Source: Azolla caroliniana (lineage: Eukaryota; Plantae; Polypodiophyta). From it: 64,000 bases of DNA. Shown here piece after piece: positions 50,492 through 63,567 of the stretch; the stretch's first letter is position 1, and every line of letters starts with the position of its first letter. The notes beneath the pieces are model-generated. The model ran no database searches, was not told where the DNA came from, and saw only the letters and a list, made by a program, of their open reading frames with translations. Where the stretch lies: contig JBHGNT010000007.1 in the NCBI GenBank assembly GCA_043228905.1, positions 21,576,001-21,640,000 on the forward strand, written 5' to 3'. Position numbers and translations under genes: made by a program.

Positions 50492-53400
50492 ATGGCTCAT
50501 TATGTGTTGATACAATCTCTTCAGCTCCTCCATCTGATCCATGTCTCTGTCCTATTCATTTGTTTAGCCATTAATCCTCTCGGGAGCATTAGATTAGCGA
50601 GCGCTCAAACGGATCCACAAGATGGTATGTGGGGAACTGCAGGACATACAAATTAATTCTGCAGGAAATGTTTGTGAAATTCTGGTTTCCCAAAGGCTAT
50701 TTAGATTCTAAGAGAAAAATCGAAAGATTCTGTTTGCACCATTACATGATGTGGTTAATCAGAGGAGCTATTGTTTAATCAGCTTATGGCTATGATCTTT
50801 GCAGTGGAAGCACTCAAGATTCTGCGAGTAGCCTGGTCAGGAAATCCATCCTGGGATTTCAAGAAGGATCCCTGCACAGATGGATGGCTGGGAATCATCT
50901 GCGACGAGGACTCCACCTCCTCCACAAATAATCAAGGAAATCGCGTCACGTCCATGTACCATGTTTAATCAATTCTTAATACACTAATCAAGTTCTGCAG
51001 ATTTCTTTTAACCCTGGGATGATTTGAGCACTTAATTAATGTAGGCGGCTTCTTTAATCACATGAAACTGAAGATTTTAATGAGATTTAACGCTAAGCAT
51101 GCACATGGTGTGGGATTGATTAATTATGTGATGATGAATGAATCTCTTCTGATTTTATGATGAACATTGGCTCCTCAAATAATTAATGTAGGAGGCTTTT
51201 TTAATCACATGAAACTAAAGATTTTAATGAGATTTAGCACTAATCATGCACATGGTGTGGGATTAATTAATTATGCGATGATGAATGAATCTCTTCTGAT
51301 TTTATGATGAACATAGGCTCCTCACATAATTAATGTAGGAGGCTTTTTTAATCACATGAAACTAAAGATTTTAATGAGATTTAGCACTAATCATGCACAT
51401 GGTGTGGGATTAATTAATTATGCGATGATGAATGAATCTCTTCTGATTTTATGATGAACATAGGCTGCTCCCTAACCAGGATTTGAGTGGAACCCTGCAC
51501 CCTGCCATTGGAAACCTCTCCTCCTTATTGTACATGTGAGTGGCGACCATTAAATCTTCCCAGATAATCGTCATTAACTTTCGCTAATCCTCATTAACTC
51601 TCCTTAATGACCTCTACTTCTCCTTAATCTTTAAATGTTGTCTTGATTACTGCCCCTTAGCTTGTCCAATCAGACCCTAATCTAAATTGAAGATGGATCA
51701 CAACGAATCAATCTATTACTAATTACGCACGTTTATATGAATCTTCAGGGATCTCTCGTCAAATCCGCACCTCGGAGGTCAGCTTCCGTCCGAAATCGGG
51801 AACTTGAAACAAATCAAGCGATTGTAAAATCCAGTGCCATCATATCCAAATTCATAACTTCAATCAATCATATTGTAAATCCTGAGATTTCTTAATTACT
51901 CTTTGTGATTAATCATTGGTTTTCTGTTCTTTTTTTGTGTATTAGCTATGTAATCTCCTGTAATTTCAGTGGATCCATTCCCGCCGAGGTAGGGGACATG
52001 ACCCCATTAGAGTACTTGTACGTATAAATTATATCTTTCCATAAATACTTTGAAGCTAATTATGAATGCAGAAGACATAGGAGTCCAATGATGATTAATG
52101 GTGATTACCTGTAATCTAATTAATTATTAAAAAAGGATTCGGAATGTTGTAACAGGGGATTAGCGAACAATTCATTCACGGGACCGATTCCGAATAATGT
52201 TGGCAATCTCCACAATCTGATATGGTTTGATGTCTCATACAATCTTCTCTCCGGGGAATTGCCTGTCTCGAGCTATAATAGCATCGATGGGACATCAACT
52301 GTCGGATTGGATAATCTCACGAGTGCAGAACATATGTGAGTCCTGTAAATTTTCCATTAATCATCTCCAATCATCACTATATGATATAAATTTTTCTAGT
52401 AATTCAGGATTATGTGTTGATTTAACCGGTTTTTCTTTTTCTCAATGATTGATGATGAATTGTGTCACTAATGTCAGCATCATCATCATCATCATCATCA
52501 TCATCATTATATGTGTAAATTTGTCTACTAATGCTGGATTAAGTAATAATCTAACCAGTTTCCTTTTTCTGAATGATTGATGATGAATTGTGTAATGGAT
52601 GTAATTATCATCATCATTATATGTGTAAATTTGTCTAGTAATGCCGGATTAAGTAATAATCTAACCAGTTTTCTTTTTCTGAATGATTGATGAATGATTG
52701 ATGATGAATTGTGTAATGGATGTAATCATCATCATCATTATATGTGTAAATTTGTCTAGTAATGCTGGATTAAGTAATAATCTAACCAGTTTTCTTTTTC
52801 TGAATGATTGATGATGAATTGTGTAATAGATGTCATCATCAGCATCATTATATGATGCAAATTTGTCTAGTAATGCAGGATTTAAGTGTCACATTTAACC
52901 AGTTTTTCATTTTCTGAATGATTGATGATGAATTATGTAATGGAGGATGTCATCATAATCATCATTATATGACGTAAATTTGTCTAATAATGCAGGATTA
53001 AGTCTTGATTTAACCAGTTTTTCTTTTTCTGAATGATTGACGATGAATTGTGATATGGATGTCTGAATTTTGCCAGCCACATCCAAAACAACAGGTTTTC
53101 AGGAATCGTTCCATCCTCTCTCTTCAGCTCCACCATGAAATTGCAGCACTTGTAAGTAGTGTGAGCTGCGAAGATTTTTCTTTCAATCAAAGAATAATGA
53201 TTTGGCTGTTTCCTGGATCGAATATCATAAGAAAAGGAACAAATTTGATCGAATGCATTCTGCGCAATTAATCACGCAGCAATATATAGTCTTTTGATTT
53301 CTGTCTGATCGAGCGATCCTGGCGCATGGAATTTGCAGGTTATTGGCGGAGAACCAGTTCGAGGGGCCGATTCCTCAGACTATACATGAGCTCCCCTACC

Positions 53401-54796
53401 TCGACATCATGTGAGTAGATCTGACAGGGAAGAGAAATCGATGAATGAAGTTAATTCAATGAATAAATTGATTTGAATTGAATGGAATGGATTTAATGGA
53501 ATTAATTAATTAATTTGATTGAATGAATGGATTGAACAAATGAATGAATTTTAATTGAATGAATGGATTGAACAAATGAATGGATTTTAATTGAATGAAT
53601 GGATTGAACAAATGATCGAATTTTAATTGAATGAATGAATTTTTTTTGTATGAATGGATTGAACAAATGATCGAATTTTATTGAATGAATGGATTGAACA
53701 AATGAATGAATTTTAATTGAATAAATAAATAAACTTAATTGAGTGAATAGATTGAATGGATCGAACAAATGATTGAAAGAATGGATCGAACAAATGAATG
53801 AATGAATTAGTTGAGAGATTGAATGTAAGGAACGGGCGACGGATCTGATGGTTTCTGTTGGCGGATTTCTGCAGAAGATTGGATTCGAACAAATTCAATG
53901 GGAGCATCCCCTCCAACTTCGCTAATATCACAAATCTTGCCACACTGTAAGTCAAAAAAGATTTGCAGGAAAAGAGACCCAAAAAAGAAGAAGAAAAAAA
54001 CAGAAAAGAAAATCAAAGCAGAGGCAGCAAAAATACTTAAATTTTCATGTGGTTCCTGAGTTTTTATATATTTTTCTGAATTGTTTATAATTTCATTTTA
54101 TTTTGCACAAATCTTTCATTATGCATTTATTTAATTAGATTTATTTTTTTTCCAAAAAAATATTTAATTAGATTTTACACCACTAAATAATATATTATGT
54201 AAATTATTATGAAATATATTTTGCAAATACATAATTATACATATATTTTGGAATTGATTTATATACATATACATAATTATTAATTAACAATTGGCAAAGG
54301 TTCGGTATGAACCGAACCGAACCGCAACCCGCGGCTTAACAGTTTCAACGGTTCGGTTCGGTTCAGGTTTGAGTTTTTTAACTATTGGGTTTGGTTTTAA
54401 CAGTTAGAAACCACAATTTAAACGGTTTAATAGTAAAAAAAATCAATTTTAAAAAATTGTTTTTAAAGAGTCCTTTCATTTTCATGCCTTATTCTCACAT
54501 TTTAGAAAAATCTTTAAAATTTTAAAATTGAAATAATAAAATATTTTAAATTTTTAAAATTGAAATAATAAAATATTTTAAAATTTTAAATTTGACCGAA
54601 AAACCGAAACCGAACACAAAACCCTGATTTTACCGATTTAATGGTTTAACGGTTTGATTTTTTTTAATGGTTCGGTTTAATGATTTTGTGGTTCGTTCAC
54701 TTTGGTTTCAAAAAATTTTAACGGTTCAATTTGGACCCTCTCGAACCGAACCCAACCGTTTCCAATTGTTAATTATTATAACAAATTACAATAACT

Positions 54797-54830
<34 letters not shown>

Positions 54831-56725
54831 CATATTTATATATTGTAAAGATGTATATAATTAGATATATAAATGTTAGGGTTTTTCAAAAAATTTAAAT
54901 TTAAATTTGAGTATCTGCTTTAAATTTTTTATTTGCAATTTGATTAATCAAATTTTGTGTTGTATATATAATTAATTAATTTTCTGTAGGCAGCTGGATA
55001 ACAACATGCTAACTGGCCAAGTCCCAGATCTCTCCAACTGCATCAACCTCAAAATTTTGTAAATATCAAATAGTCAAATAATCAAATAATTTAAATCATT
55101 CATTTTTACTGAATTGTGTGCTATTGTTGTTGTTTCCTTTTGACAGAACCCTTGATAACAATAGGTTTGATGCCTCAGAAATTCCTAATTGGATCATGAA
55201 ATTGCCCAACCTTTCTTCACTGTAAGCTTTTTTACATCATCAAAATCATTAAACCAACCACCTGCAAATCTACTACTCCATATTCAGTAATAATATATAA
55301 TGGTGTTTTAATAAGAAGTTACAAACACATGTGATCTCCAAATAAATTGATTCTCTTTCTACTCCAAAGAACTCATATATACATGGTGGGTCTATTTTCA
55401 TGTGCTACTTACTACTTGTTTCTTAGGTCCATGGATTCTTCGAACTTGTCTGGTGCTGTTCCTCGAGACCTTTTCGGGTTCTCCCAAACTCTCACCGATG
55501 TGTATGTTCGAGTACCCCCCTTTAAGTTTAAAAAACTTTGCGATGATAGATTTTAACTTGTTCACGTTGACCGCCTAGTACGTAATGCTTTTGATGGGTG
55601 CATTTCCCTTGGTTTGTCCAGGAGCCTTGCATTCAACCAACTGAATGGTACATTAGACCTCACCTCGCCAAACTTATCACCTGTGCTCGATAACGTGAAC
55701 CTAACAAGAAATGACATCACTGATCTTTCTAAAGGAAGCTACAACAAAACCCTAATGTAAGGACCATAATTAGAATTACCTATCGGTTTTGTGCCATAAT
55801 ATGGGGAGAAATACCAATTTCATTCTTGTACATTTGATCAAAGAACTCCATGATTAACAATATTAATCTAGAAATTCATTAGAACATATAACACATGTCC
55901 AACGTTAGAGTTTTTGAAGTCCTCGAGATGTACTCTTGCAAAAAAATTTAACCTAGGGGTACTAGTAAGCAATTAGCTGGTTTTCATGTTTTTTCCCTAT
56001 AATTCGCGTGCCACAATAATGTTGAGCAAGATTTTAGTGCATATAGTATTTGATACAAATTGGCTTTCTCTACAGGTTAATAGGCAATCCTGTGTGTATC
56101 GGCAACAATTTAGTTGACTGTCAGTCAGAGACGAGTTCTCCTGTTCAAGCTCCAAGTGTTGTGGGCGATGTTGTAACGAGTGCATATTGTAGCTCAATTG
56201 ATCGACAATGCGAACCGTTCTACCGAACAAATCCAAAAGAACCAGATACATCGTGCAAATGTGCTCACCCCGTCGTAGTAATATGGACATTTTACGCTAT
56301 GAAAATCCCAAAATTCACTGACATGCAAGCGGACGATATCACAAGCTTATTTATTAAACTTGAGGATGAATTCCTAGACATGTGGAACAAGAGCATATTT
56401 GTGAATAGAACCATCCCATTACAAAAGACTCAACTCGTTATGGAGGTGGAGTCTGCTACACGGTTGGCGGTATCCATTTTCCCACCTACCGGCATTGATA
56501 CATGGTCTAACTATAATGTCAGTTACATCCAATTCGTTCTCCAAAACCAAGATATTTGGTTTACATCAATAGGCCCAATGTCTAGCTATTTCCCCAACCC
56601 ACGTTATACTTCACCTAGTAAGTCTTACCTCTTTCCTCAAGTGTCTTCTAATGAAAGGTGTTGCAGTGATGGTGCAGAATAGAGCATGGCCATACATACA
56701 TACATACATACATACATACATACAT

Positions 56726-56758
<33 letters not shown>

Positions 56759-56814
56759 TGCATGCATGCATACATATTTACACACAGTGCACACACACGC
56801 ATACATGCATACAT

Positions 56815-56851
<37 letters not shown>

Positions 56852-59130
56852 CATACATATTTACATACATACATACATCATTCCAATTCATGCATACCAT
56901 ACCATACCATCTTCATTTATTCATTACACACACATATTTGCATTCATTTCTAAGGTTTAAAAGATTCTATCCACTTCATATTCATATATTTAGTATTGAC
57001 ATAGACACATGGAGAAACATGAAAACATCGTATGTCTAATGTTTTGCGTACTTACTGAAACACCCTTGTTATATCATTGTAGGTGAAGCACGCACACGCA
57101 AAATGTTGACCAAATTTGAGAAATTGGGCATTGGGATTGGAGTATCTCTAATGGGGATTATAATACTCATCCTAGCAATATGTATATGGAAGCTCAGAAA
57201 GAGAGCAGAGAATGCAGAGAAACAAGCTAAACCCTTTGGTGAGTAGCATAGTGCACATCAACTAACACTACAACACTAAATAGTGTTTGTTTTGCTTAGA
57301 ATAAAATGCCCCAACGTTTTGTTTTCTATATATACCAAAATACCCGCTAACTTTACAAAAGCAATAGAATACCCCTCTCTAACAGTACATTTCTTGCTAT
57401 GGAGAGGGTATTCTTGTCAATGTTGAGAACATAGTAAGGGGCATTATCTTGGTAGGGGTACCCTATAACAAGTTAGGAGTCTTTTTATTAAACACCCAAA
57501 TAACTCGAGGTTATATTGCCGTTTTTCCATCCATTATCTTAAGAAAGATTAACGAGCATGGGATATATGTATATGTGTGCCAACAGCTTCTTGGATTAGT
57601 AGTAACAATGAAAAACCAAACATCCCGCAATTGAAAGGCGCTAGATGGTTCTCTTTTGAAGAAATCAAACAGTGTACAAACAACTTGAACAGTGCCAATC
57701 AGATAGGTGCAGGAGGATATGGGAAGGTATGTATGTGTGTGTGTGCACATTGCAATGTGAAATTTAATGAGAGCATAAGGATTCTTCCCTTGCTTATTAA
57801 TAGTGATTAAGTAAGTAGAGAAATAAAAATATATTTCAATGTGCCTAGGTGTACAAGGGTGTCCTCCCAAATTCTGGGGAGGTGGTGGCAATCAAGAGAT
57901 CTGATGCTAAATCTCTACAAGGTGCTGAAGAATTCAAGAATGAGGTCGAGCTTTTGTCTCGAGTGCATCATAGGAATCTAGTTGGGTTGATTGGATTTTG
58001 TTTTGAAGAAGGTGAGCAAATGCTTGTCTACAAGTATATGCCAAATGGAACACTAAGAGAAGCCCTAACAGGTACTTTACAACATCTATATTTTTAGTCC
58101 GCCACTTTATGAATGCCATCCTTCCAATTTGGCATCATATTTAGCATTCCATACTTTATTAATAATGACAATGTGTTTTCCTATAAACTTCTACTTAATA
58201 TTTAAAGGTAAAAGTGGAGTTCACATGGATTGGAATAGAAGAATTGAGTTGGCCTTAGGGGCTGCAAAGGGCATTGCTTACCTCCATAATGAGGCCCATC
58301 CACCCATCATCCACACCGATATCAAATCAAGCAACATACTTCTCGATGAGCACCTAACGGCAGTGGTTGCGGATTTTGGGTTATCAAAGCCCACAACCCA
58401 AGGAGATGAAATAATAAGTATTGACCACACGAATATTAAAGGGACAATGGTAAGTTATTTCTGTTGAGCAACTATTGTGGAAGCATTGTATATGTACGTC
58501 TTTGCTCACATATACAAGCATACATACATTTGTGTGTATGTTTCATTGAGAATAGGATTGGAGTGTAATTTCTAATTGGTTTGTGATTGGTTTTGCTAGG
58601 GATATTTGGATCCAAACTACTTAATGAATAATGAGCTAACAGTGAAGAGTGATGTGTATAGCTTTGGAGTAATGTTGCTTGAACTAGTGACTGGCAGACG
58701 CCCGATTGAAGAAGGCAAATACATGGTGTATGATGTCAAGAATAAAGTTGAAAAAGTTGGGGTGGATGATGTGTTGTCATTGATTTTGGACCCTAATCTC
58801 ATTAGACAATCTTATCCTAAGAAAGGTGTAGCTAGATTCATTGATCTAGCTCTAAAGTGTTTACAAGATGATCCAGTCGATAGACCTACCATGGTTGAAG
58901 TATGTAGGGAGCTTGAGGAGATAAGCCTTATTAATAACTATGGAGATTGGAATAAGGCGAAAGAAGATTTAGAGGTAGAAGATAAGTCACCTTCATGCTA
59001 TACCAATTTGGTAAAGGATATGAATCACCTCTTAACGGATGAACCCAAGTGCCCAATGGATATCTCTTCACTATTTTATTTTAGTGGGGGTAGTACAAGT
59101 ATCATTACAAGAGCACCAGTACCGAAGTAA
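50492..59130 (+). CDS. LRR receptor-like kinase, subfamily LRR-VIII-1 (HPCA1/CARD1-like), 19 exons
   Basis: GT-AG exons: 50492-50624, 50805-50955, 51464-51535, 51749-51823, 51946-52017, 52156-52335, 53077-53151, 53339-53410, 53875-53946, 54990-55058, 55147-55221, 55427-55501, 55622-55756, 56076-56617, 57083-57238, 57587-57726, 57849-58071, 58208-58449, 58600-59130. Contains a signal peptide, DPC...W.GI.C cap, 69-75 bp single-LRR exons, GNPVC...CKCAHP, a TM helix, [36 protein letters not shown] and DFG. Confidence 0.93.
51034..51470. repeat. 147-bp tandem triplication at the 3' end of RLK intron 2, including the splice acceptor
   Basis: AATTAATGTAGG at 51034, 51181 and 51328. Units end GAACATTGGCTCCTC, GAACATAGGCTCCTC and GAACATAGGCTGCTC. 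Confidence 0.9.
52390..53062. repeat. About 115-125 bp tandem repeat, 5-6 copies with (CAT)n cores, filling RLK intron 6
   Basis: Repeated GAATGATTGATGATGAATTGTG...CATCATTATATG...AAATTTGTCTAGTAATGC.GGATT...TAACCAGTTTT. Confidence 0.85.
53440..53810. repeat. About 33-bp GAAT-rich minisatellite in RLK intron 8
   Basis: Repeated TTGAATGAATGGATTGAACAAATGA units. Confidence 0.85.
54288..54768. mobile_element. hAT-like MITE in RLK intron 9
   Basis: Imperfect TIRs CAATTGGCAAAGGTTCGG and CCCAACCGTTTCCAATTG. Many subterminal AACCG/CGGTT motifs and an AT-rich core. Flanked by TTAATTAA and TTAATTAT (8-bp TSD, one mismatch). Confidence 0.7.
56690..56880. repeat. Compound (CATA)n/(CA)n microsatellite in RLK intron 14
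   Basis: Read directly from the sequence. Confidence 0.95.
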
Positions 59131-60931
59131 ACAATTAGTTCCCAAGTATTATTACAAAGAGTACCATAATTTGTGCATAATATATGTAATAAGTTTTGAT
59201 TGTAAGGTTCTTGTGGTAACCAAGAGTGCGATTCTCGATTTCTTCTTCAAATATTAGGTCAACAATGCTTGCGTGAAAAGTGCTTGATTTCATGAACATT
59301 GGATCCATCCCAAGATGATACAAAGCCATTGTGGAATAAATAAGGTTATTATATACCATTGATAGCTTGGTTGTGGCTCATCTTACATGCAAATGTTTCT
59401 CTTATTATATATATGGCAACAACAAATACTTGAAAATGTAGATAATATAGTGTACACAAATAGAGGATTGAAAGAAATGTGAAGAATGTATATGCCAAAT
59501 AACTAAATGAGGAGATTGATGTTAGTTGCATCTCCATCTCTAAGTCACCTAAATCGAATGTACATGAGACCATGTATGCTATGTAAGAATGGTTATTGCA
59601 CTAGACAAAAAAATTTGTGACATAATACATGAATGTTACGAGTTTAATTCATAACACATTCAGGTTGGTTAATCAAACATAATCCTCATACAAAAAAAAA
59701 TATTGCCTTTTTCTATAAAAGTATCATCCCATAATAGAGTAAAGTGGGGTTTGTCCTCATAATGTGGTCGCACAACTTTAGACTCAAGATCTTGCATTAG
59801 GAAAAATATTTACAAGCATGAATAACGAAGATGTGTGCCCTTGTCATAATCTCGAATGTGGGAAGAGATTCATAAACAATCAGCAAGGTAGATTAGATTC
59901 TGAAAATGAGCTACAATTGATAACATAAGGTGTTATGATATATCATTTCATAGTCTTAACGATGCCAATGAGGGATATTTGATGTTAATCATATTCCAAG
60001 GGATTGCGATTATTAGGAAGCCATGGAAACACTGTTTGTGATCAAAATACAATCAATGCAATAGTGAGTTAGTAACATTGTTAGCCTAAACTAAGTGCAG
60101 TTTCATTGGTGGTGCACACATTCAAGTCCCACCTTGGTAGGTTTTTGAGACGTGTTCACCTCCAAATCATTGTTGGTTGTCATCAATATGTTACCCTAAA
60201 CCCTAAACTAATAGAAAACATCCAAGTCAGTAATTATGGTGGACTAAAGAACTCCCAGGACCCCACCCTTGGCACCAGGTAATTGTTGTTCATTCCCCAC
60301 TATGATGTTGGGGCATCATTGGCATTATCTTCAGCAATCTTCTCAATGATTCCGGGCATGGTTAAGACAATCAATCGTTAGCATATGACAAATGCCCTTT
60401 TCTCATACAGGGATGGGCTGGCTCATGGAAAGCTTCCAATTAGATGCAACATGAAAACGATGGAACGAGAAGATATTGATGAAGATGACACCAGAAAATG
60501 GCGCGGAAGGCTCCGATATTTGCTTGATCTCTAATTAGACTGTAATTTATGATAGGTAAGGTAAGTTTCTTTTAAATTGGAAGCAATTTTTAAGGGTCTC
60601 GGCCAGAAGCACTTTACGATGGGTTTGCTTTCAAGCAGCATGGTAATCTTGAAAAGCCTAAGCTGCCATCCCTTTGTCTTCTTGTGCCCGACGAGCTACC
60701 ACCATGTCAACTCCACAGGGCTTCCTACATGCCTGTGAACCTTGCATAAGGTTCAAAATGAGCATGAGGCCCTGAGTAGTTCAAATCGAATAATGAATAA
60801 TACTTGTTCTTTAATACAATCTCGGCCTTCTTGACCAGTATGTACATAGTGGTACATGAATGTAGCTTGTCTAGGACATGAACGATGATGCTTAATCAAA
60901 ACCAAACCAATGGTAAGCCTGATTTTTACAC

Positions 60932-61225
60932 TGGAAGAAGCACCTGTTCAGCCTAATTCACCGCTACAAACATCCGTCCACGCAATTTGCAATATCAACA
61001 GCATACTCGGTCATCTCAGCATTATTTCCATAGATGTTTGACATGAGTACGTACGCAGTAGCTTGCTTGGGCTACAAGTGGAAGAAGTACCTGTTCAGCC
61101 TAATTCACTGCTACAAACATCCGTCCACGCAATTTCGACATCAACAGCAAACTTGGTCATCTCAGCATTATCTCCATAGATGTTTGACATGAGTATGTAC
61201 GCAGTAGCTTGCTTGGGCTGCAAGT
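60932..61225 (-). repeat. About 146-bp tandem duplication of the PPR gene's last codons and stop
   Basis: 60932-61078 resembles 61079-61225. The distal copy is frameshifted and has CAG changed to TAG. Confidence 0.92.
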
Positions 61226-63383
61226 TAACCGCGTGATCGAATGCATGCTTTGCCATCTCTATGCTACTATGCATGCGACATGCCCCTAGCACCGACAACC
61301 AAATAGGCATATCAGCCTCCATGGGCATTAATTTCAAAAGGTTCATGATCCTCTTGAAATCGCCGGCACGACCCAGGAGGTCTATCATTATGCCATAGTG
61401 CTTTAGGTTTGGACAAATAGCATAGTCTCTAATCATGGACTCGAAATACTGGCATCCTCTAGATACTAGACCAGAGTAGCTGCAAGCCGATAGAAGAGAA
61501 GTCATGAGAATGTCATCAGGACTCCTGCCTGTAGCTTTAAAGCTCTCAAACATATGAAGGCTTTCTACGGAGTTCCCTTCAGATGCATGGCCAGATATGC
61601 ATGCACTCCATGATGCCACATCCGGAAGAAGAGAGCCATCGAAAGCAGACTGTGCATCAGCCATGCTTGCACAACTCCCATATGTATTCACCAAAGTAGC
61701 TTGCATGGTTGATATGTGGTCATATCCAGCTGAGATGACACTGAAGTGAAGCTCCTCGCATATTTCTAAGCTCCCAGTTATCCCAGAGGATTGGAGAACA
61801 CATAGAAATGTTATGGAATCCAAACACATTTCCTCATTTTGCATGTGTCTGTATAAGAGTAAAGCCTTCTCTGCTTTTCCTTGCTCGACATAAGCACAGA
61901 GCATGGCCGTCCACGACACGAGATTTCGCTCTAACAATCCATCAAACACATCCTCTGCCTCCATTATGTCTCCACATCGTCCGTACACACCAAGAAGAGT
62001 CGTCCCAACAATCATATCTTGTGTGAATCCATTCATATCTGCATCTTTGTGCAATGCCCTTGCAATCTCTAAAGCAATTTCTTTGGTCAATCTTCCATTA
62101 GAGATCATACCTTCCTTTTCTGCAAGAATGGCACAAGCTTGAAGGGCCATCACGAATGTCAGCTTTTCAGGTCGAGAGCCATCTTGTTGCATCTGTCGAT
62201 ATAATTGCAAAGCTTTCTCGGCTTTATGGTCATCAACATACGCAGAAAGCATTGCATTCCATGAGATAATATCACGAACAAGCATTGAACAAAAAACATT
62301 CTCAGCTTGTGAGATCACCCCACACTTTCCATACACGCTCACAAGGGTATTCCTGACAATGAGCTCGGATCCATAACCATTTCGCAATGCATCTCTATGA
62401 AGAGCATTTACAAGCTCTAGCAACGCAACAGCCTTGATTCGTTTCTCTTCGATTTTATGTGCTTCTTCCTTCTCCACAAGTAAGCCACATGCTTGAAGGG
62501 TAACAACATATATAAGATCTTTCATTGCTACCATTTCTTCTTGCATCTGTCTATACAACCGCAAGGCCTTCCCACAGGCTCCTTGTTCAACATAGGCCGA
62601 GAGCATGGATGTCCATGAAACAACATCATGCTTAGATATCATACAGAAGGCAGCCTCTGCATCAGTGATGCTACCACATTTGCCATACATACTAACAAGG
62701 GTGCTACCAAGGTGAGGATCAGATGCCAAGCCCTTCGATCGAGCCTCATCGTGTAGCATCTTTCCTTGTACAAGGTCATGCATGTTGCCACATGCTTTGA
62801 CTAGGCTAACAAGCGTATATCGGTTGGGTGTGATTCTTTCCTCTCGCATCTCTTGGTATAGACGAAGAGCATCGGCGAATCGGCCACAATCTACGTACGA
62901 TGAGATGATAGCACTCCAAGAGAAGACTGTGCGGCGCGGCAAACCACGAGAGACATTCCATGCATCCTCGGCCCCGCCGCATTTGGCGAGGGTCACTACC
63001 ATGTAGTCGCCGAGGAATCCCTCTAACCCTATATGTTTACAACACATAACATGCTCATACACTTCCTTGGCATGTGGCAAGGACTTCTTGTGCATACAAG
63101 CCTTGAGGATGCAGACATATGTATCCAAGGAAGGTGCAGAATCCAAGAAGGCTGGGGAGAGGAGGATGGGCATGGCTCTCTCCAGCTGCCCTGTCTTGCA
63201 TAGACTTCGTACAAGGGCTTCTGGGCCATCATCATCATCAACATGATCAGCATCATGGGAGGATGTGTTGGGTCCATTGGAATGACCACCAGATGGGCAG
63301 GATCTGGATCTGAACTGCTTCCCCTGCTTCTGGTGTGTGTGACTCTGTTTCCATGTGCACAAAACAGGGGCCTTCTTCATCAC
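61095..63383 (-). CDS. PLS-class pentatricopeptide repeat protein with E-type C-terminus and no DYW domain (organellar RNA-editing factor type)
   Basis: 762-aa intronless ORF with repeated LVSMYGKCG...VVSWTSMLSAY P-L-S motifs, HYGIMIDLLGRAG, WLSVLGACRMH and AYILMSNIY, then a stop about 20 aa later. Confidence 0.93.
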   Translation of the reverse strand: MMKKAPVLCTWKQSHTHQKQGKQFRSRSCPSGGHSNGPNTSSHDADHVDDDDGPEALVRSLCKTGQLERAMPILLSPAFLDSAPSLDTYVCILKACMHKKSLPHAKEVYEHVMCCKHIGLEGFLGDYMVVTLAKCGGAEDAWNVSRGLPRRTVFSWSAIISSYVDCGRFADALRLYQEMREERITPNRYTLVSLVKACGNMHDLVQGKMLHDEARSKGLASDPHLGSTLVSMYGKCGSITDAEAAFCMISKHDVVSWTSMLSAYVEQGACGKALRLYRQMQEEMVAMKDLIYVVTLQACGLLVEKEEAHKIEEKRIKAVALLELVNALHRDALRNGYGSELIVRNTLVSVYGKCGVISQAENVFCSMLVRDIISWNAMLSAYVDDHKAEKALQLYRQMQQDGSRPEKLTFVMALQACAILAEKEGMISNGRLTKEIALEIARALHKDADMNGFTQDMIVGTTLLGVYGRCGDIMEAEDVFDGLLERNLVSWTAMLCAYVEQGKAEKALLLYRHMQNEEMCLDSITFLCVLQSSGITGSLEICEELHFSVISAGYDHISTMQATLVNTYGSCASMADAQSAFDGSLLPDVASWSACISGHASEGNSVESLHMFESFKATGRSPDDILMTSLLSACSYSGLVSRGCQYFESMIRDYAICPNLKHYGIMIDLLGRAGDFKRIMNLLKLMPMEADMPIWLSVLGACRMHSSIEMAKHAFDHAVNLQPKQATAYILMSNIYGDNAEMTKFAVDVEIAWTDVCSSELG

Positions 63384-63567
63384 ATGACACCCCCAAACAT
63401 GTGCTCTTTTCTTCCTTTTGTTTGCTTCATTTTATAAATCCTCTGTGATTCTTTCTCTTCCTAGTCATAGTCATAGTCATAGTCAGATTGAATGAAAAAT
63501 GCTTATCATACTACCATCTCCCGAAGCCTTAGTCGTTCTTCCTAGATGACCCTGTGTTAATCAAATC

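Noticed and set aside
56611-57039. His/Thr-rich and Cys/Val-rich ORFs
   Set aside because: They are translations of an intronic (CATA)n/(CA)n microsatellite.
60192-60210. ACCCTAAACCCTAAA telomere-like motif between the two genes
   Set aside because: Only two units, which is common by chance in plant DNA.
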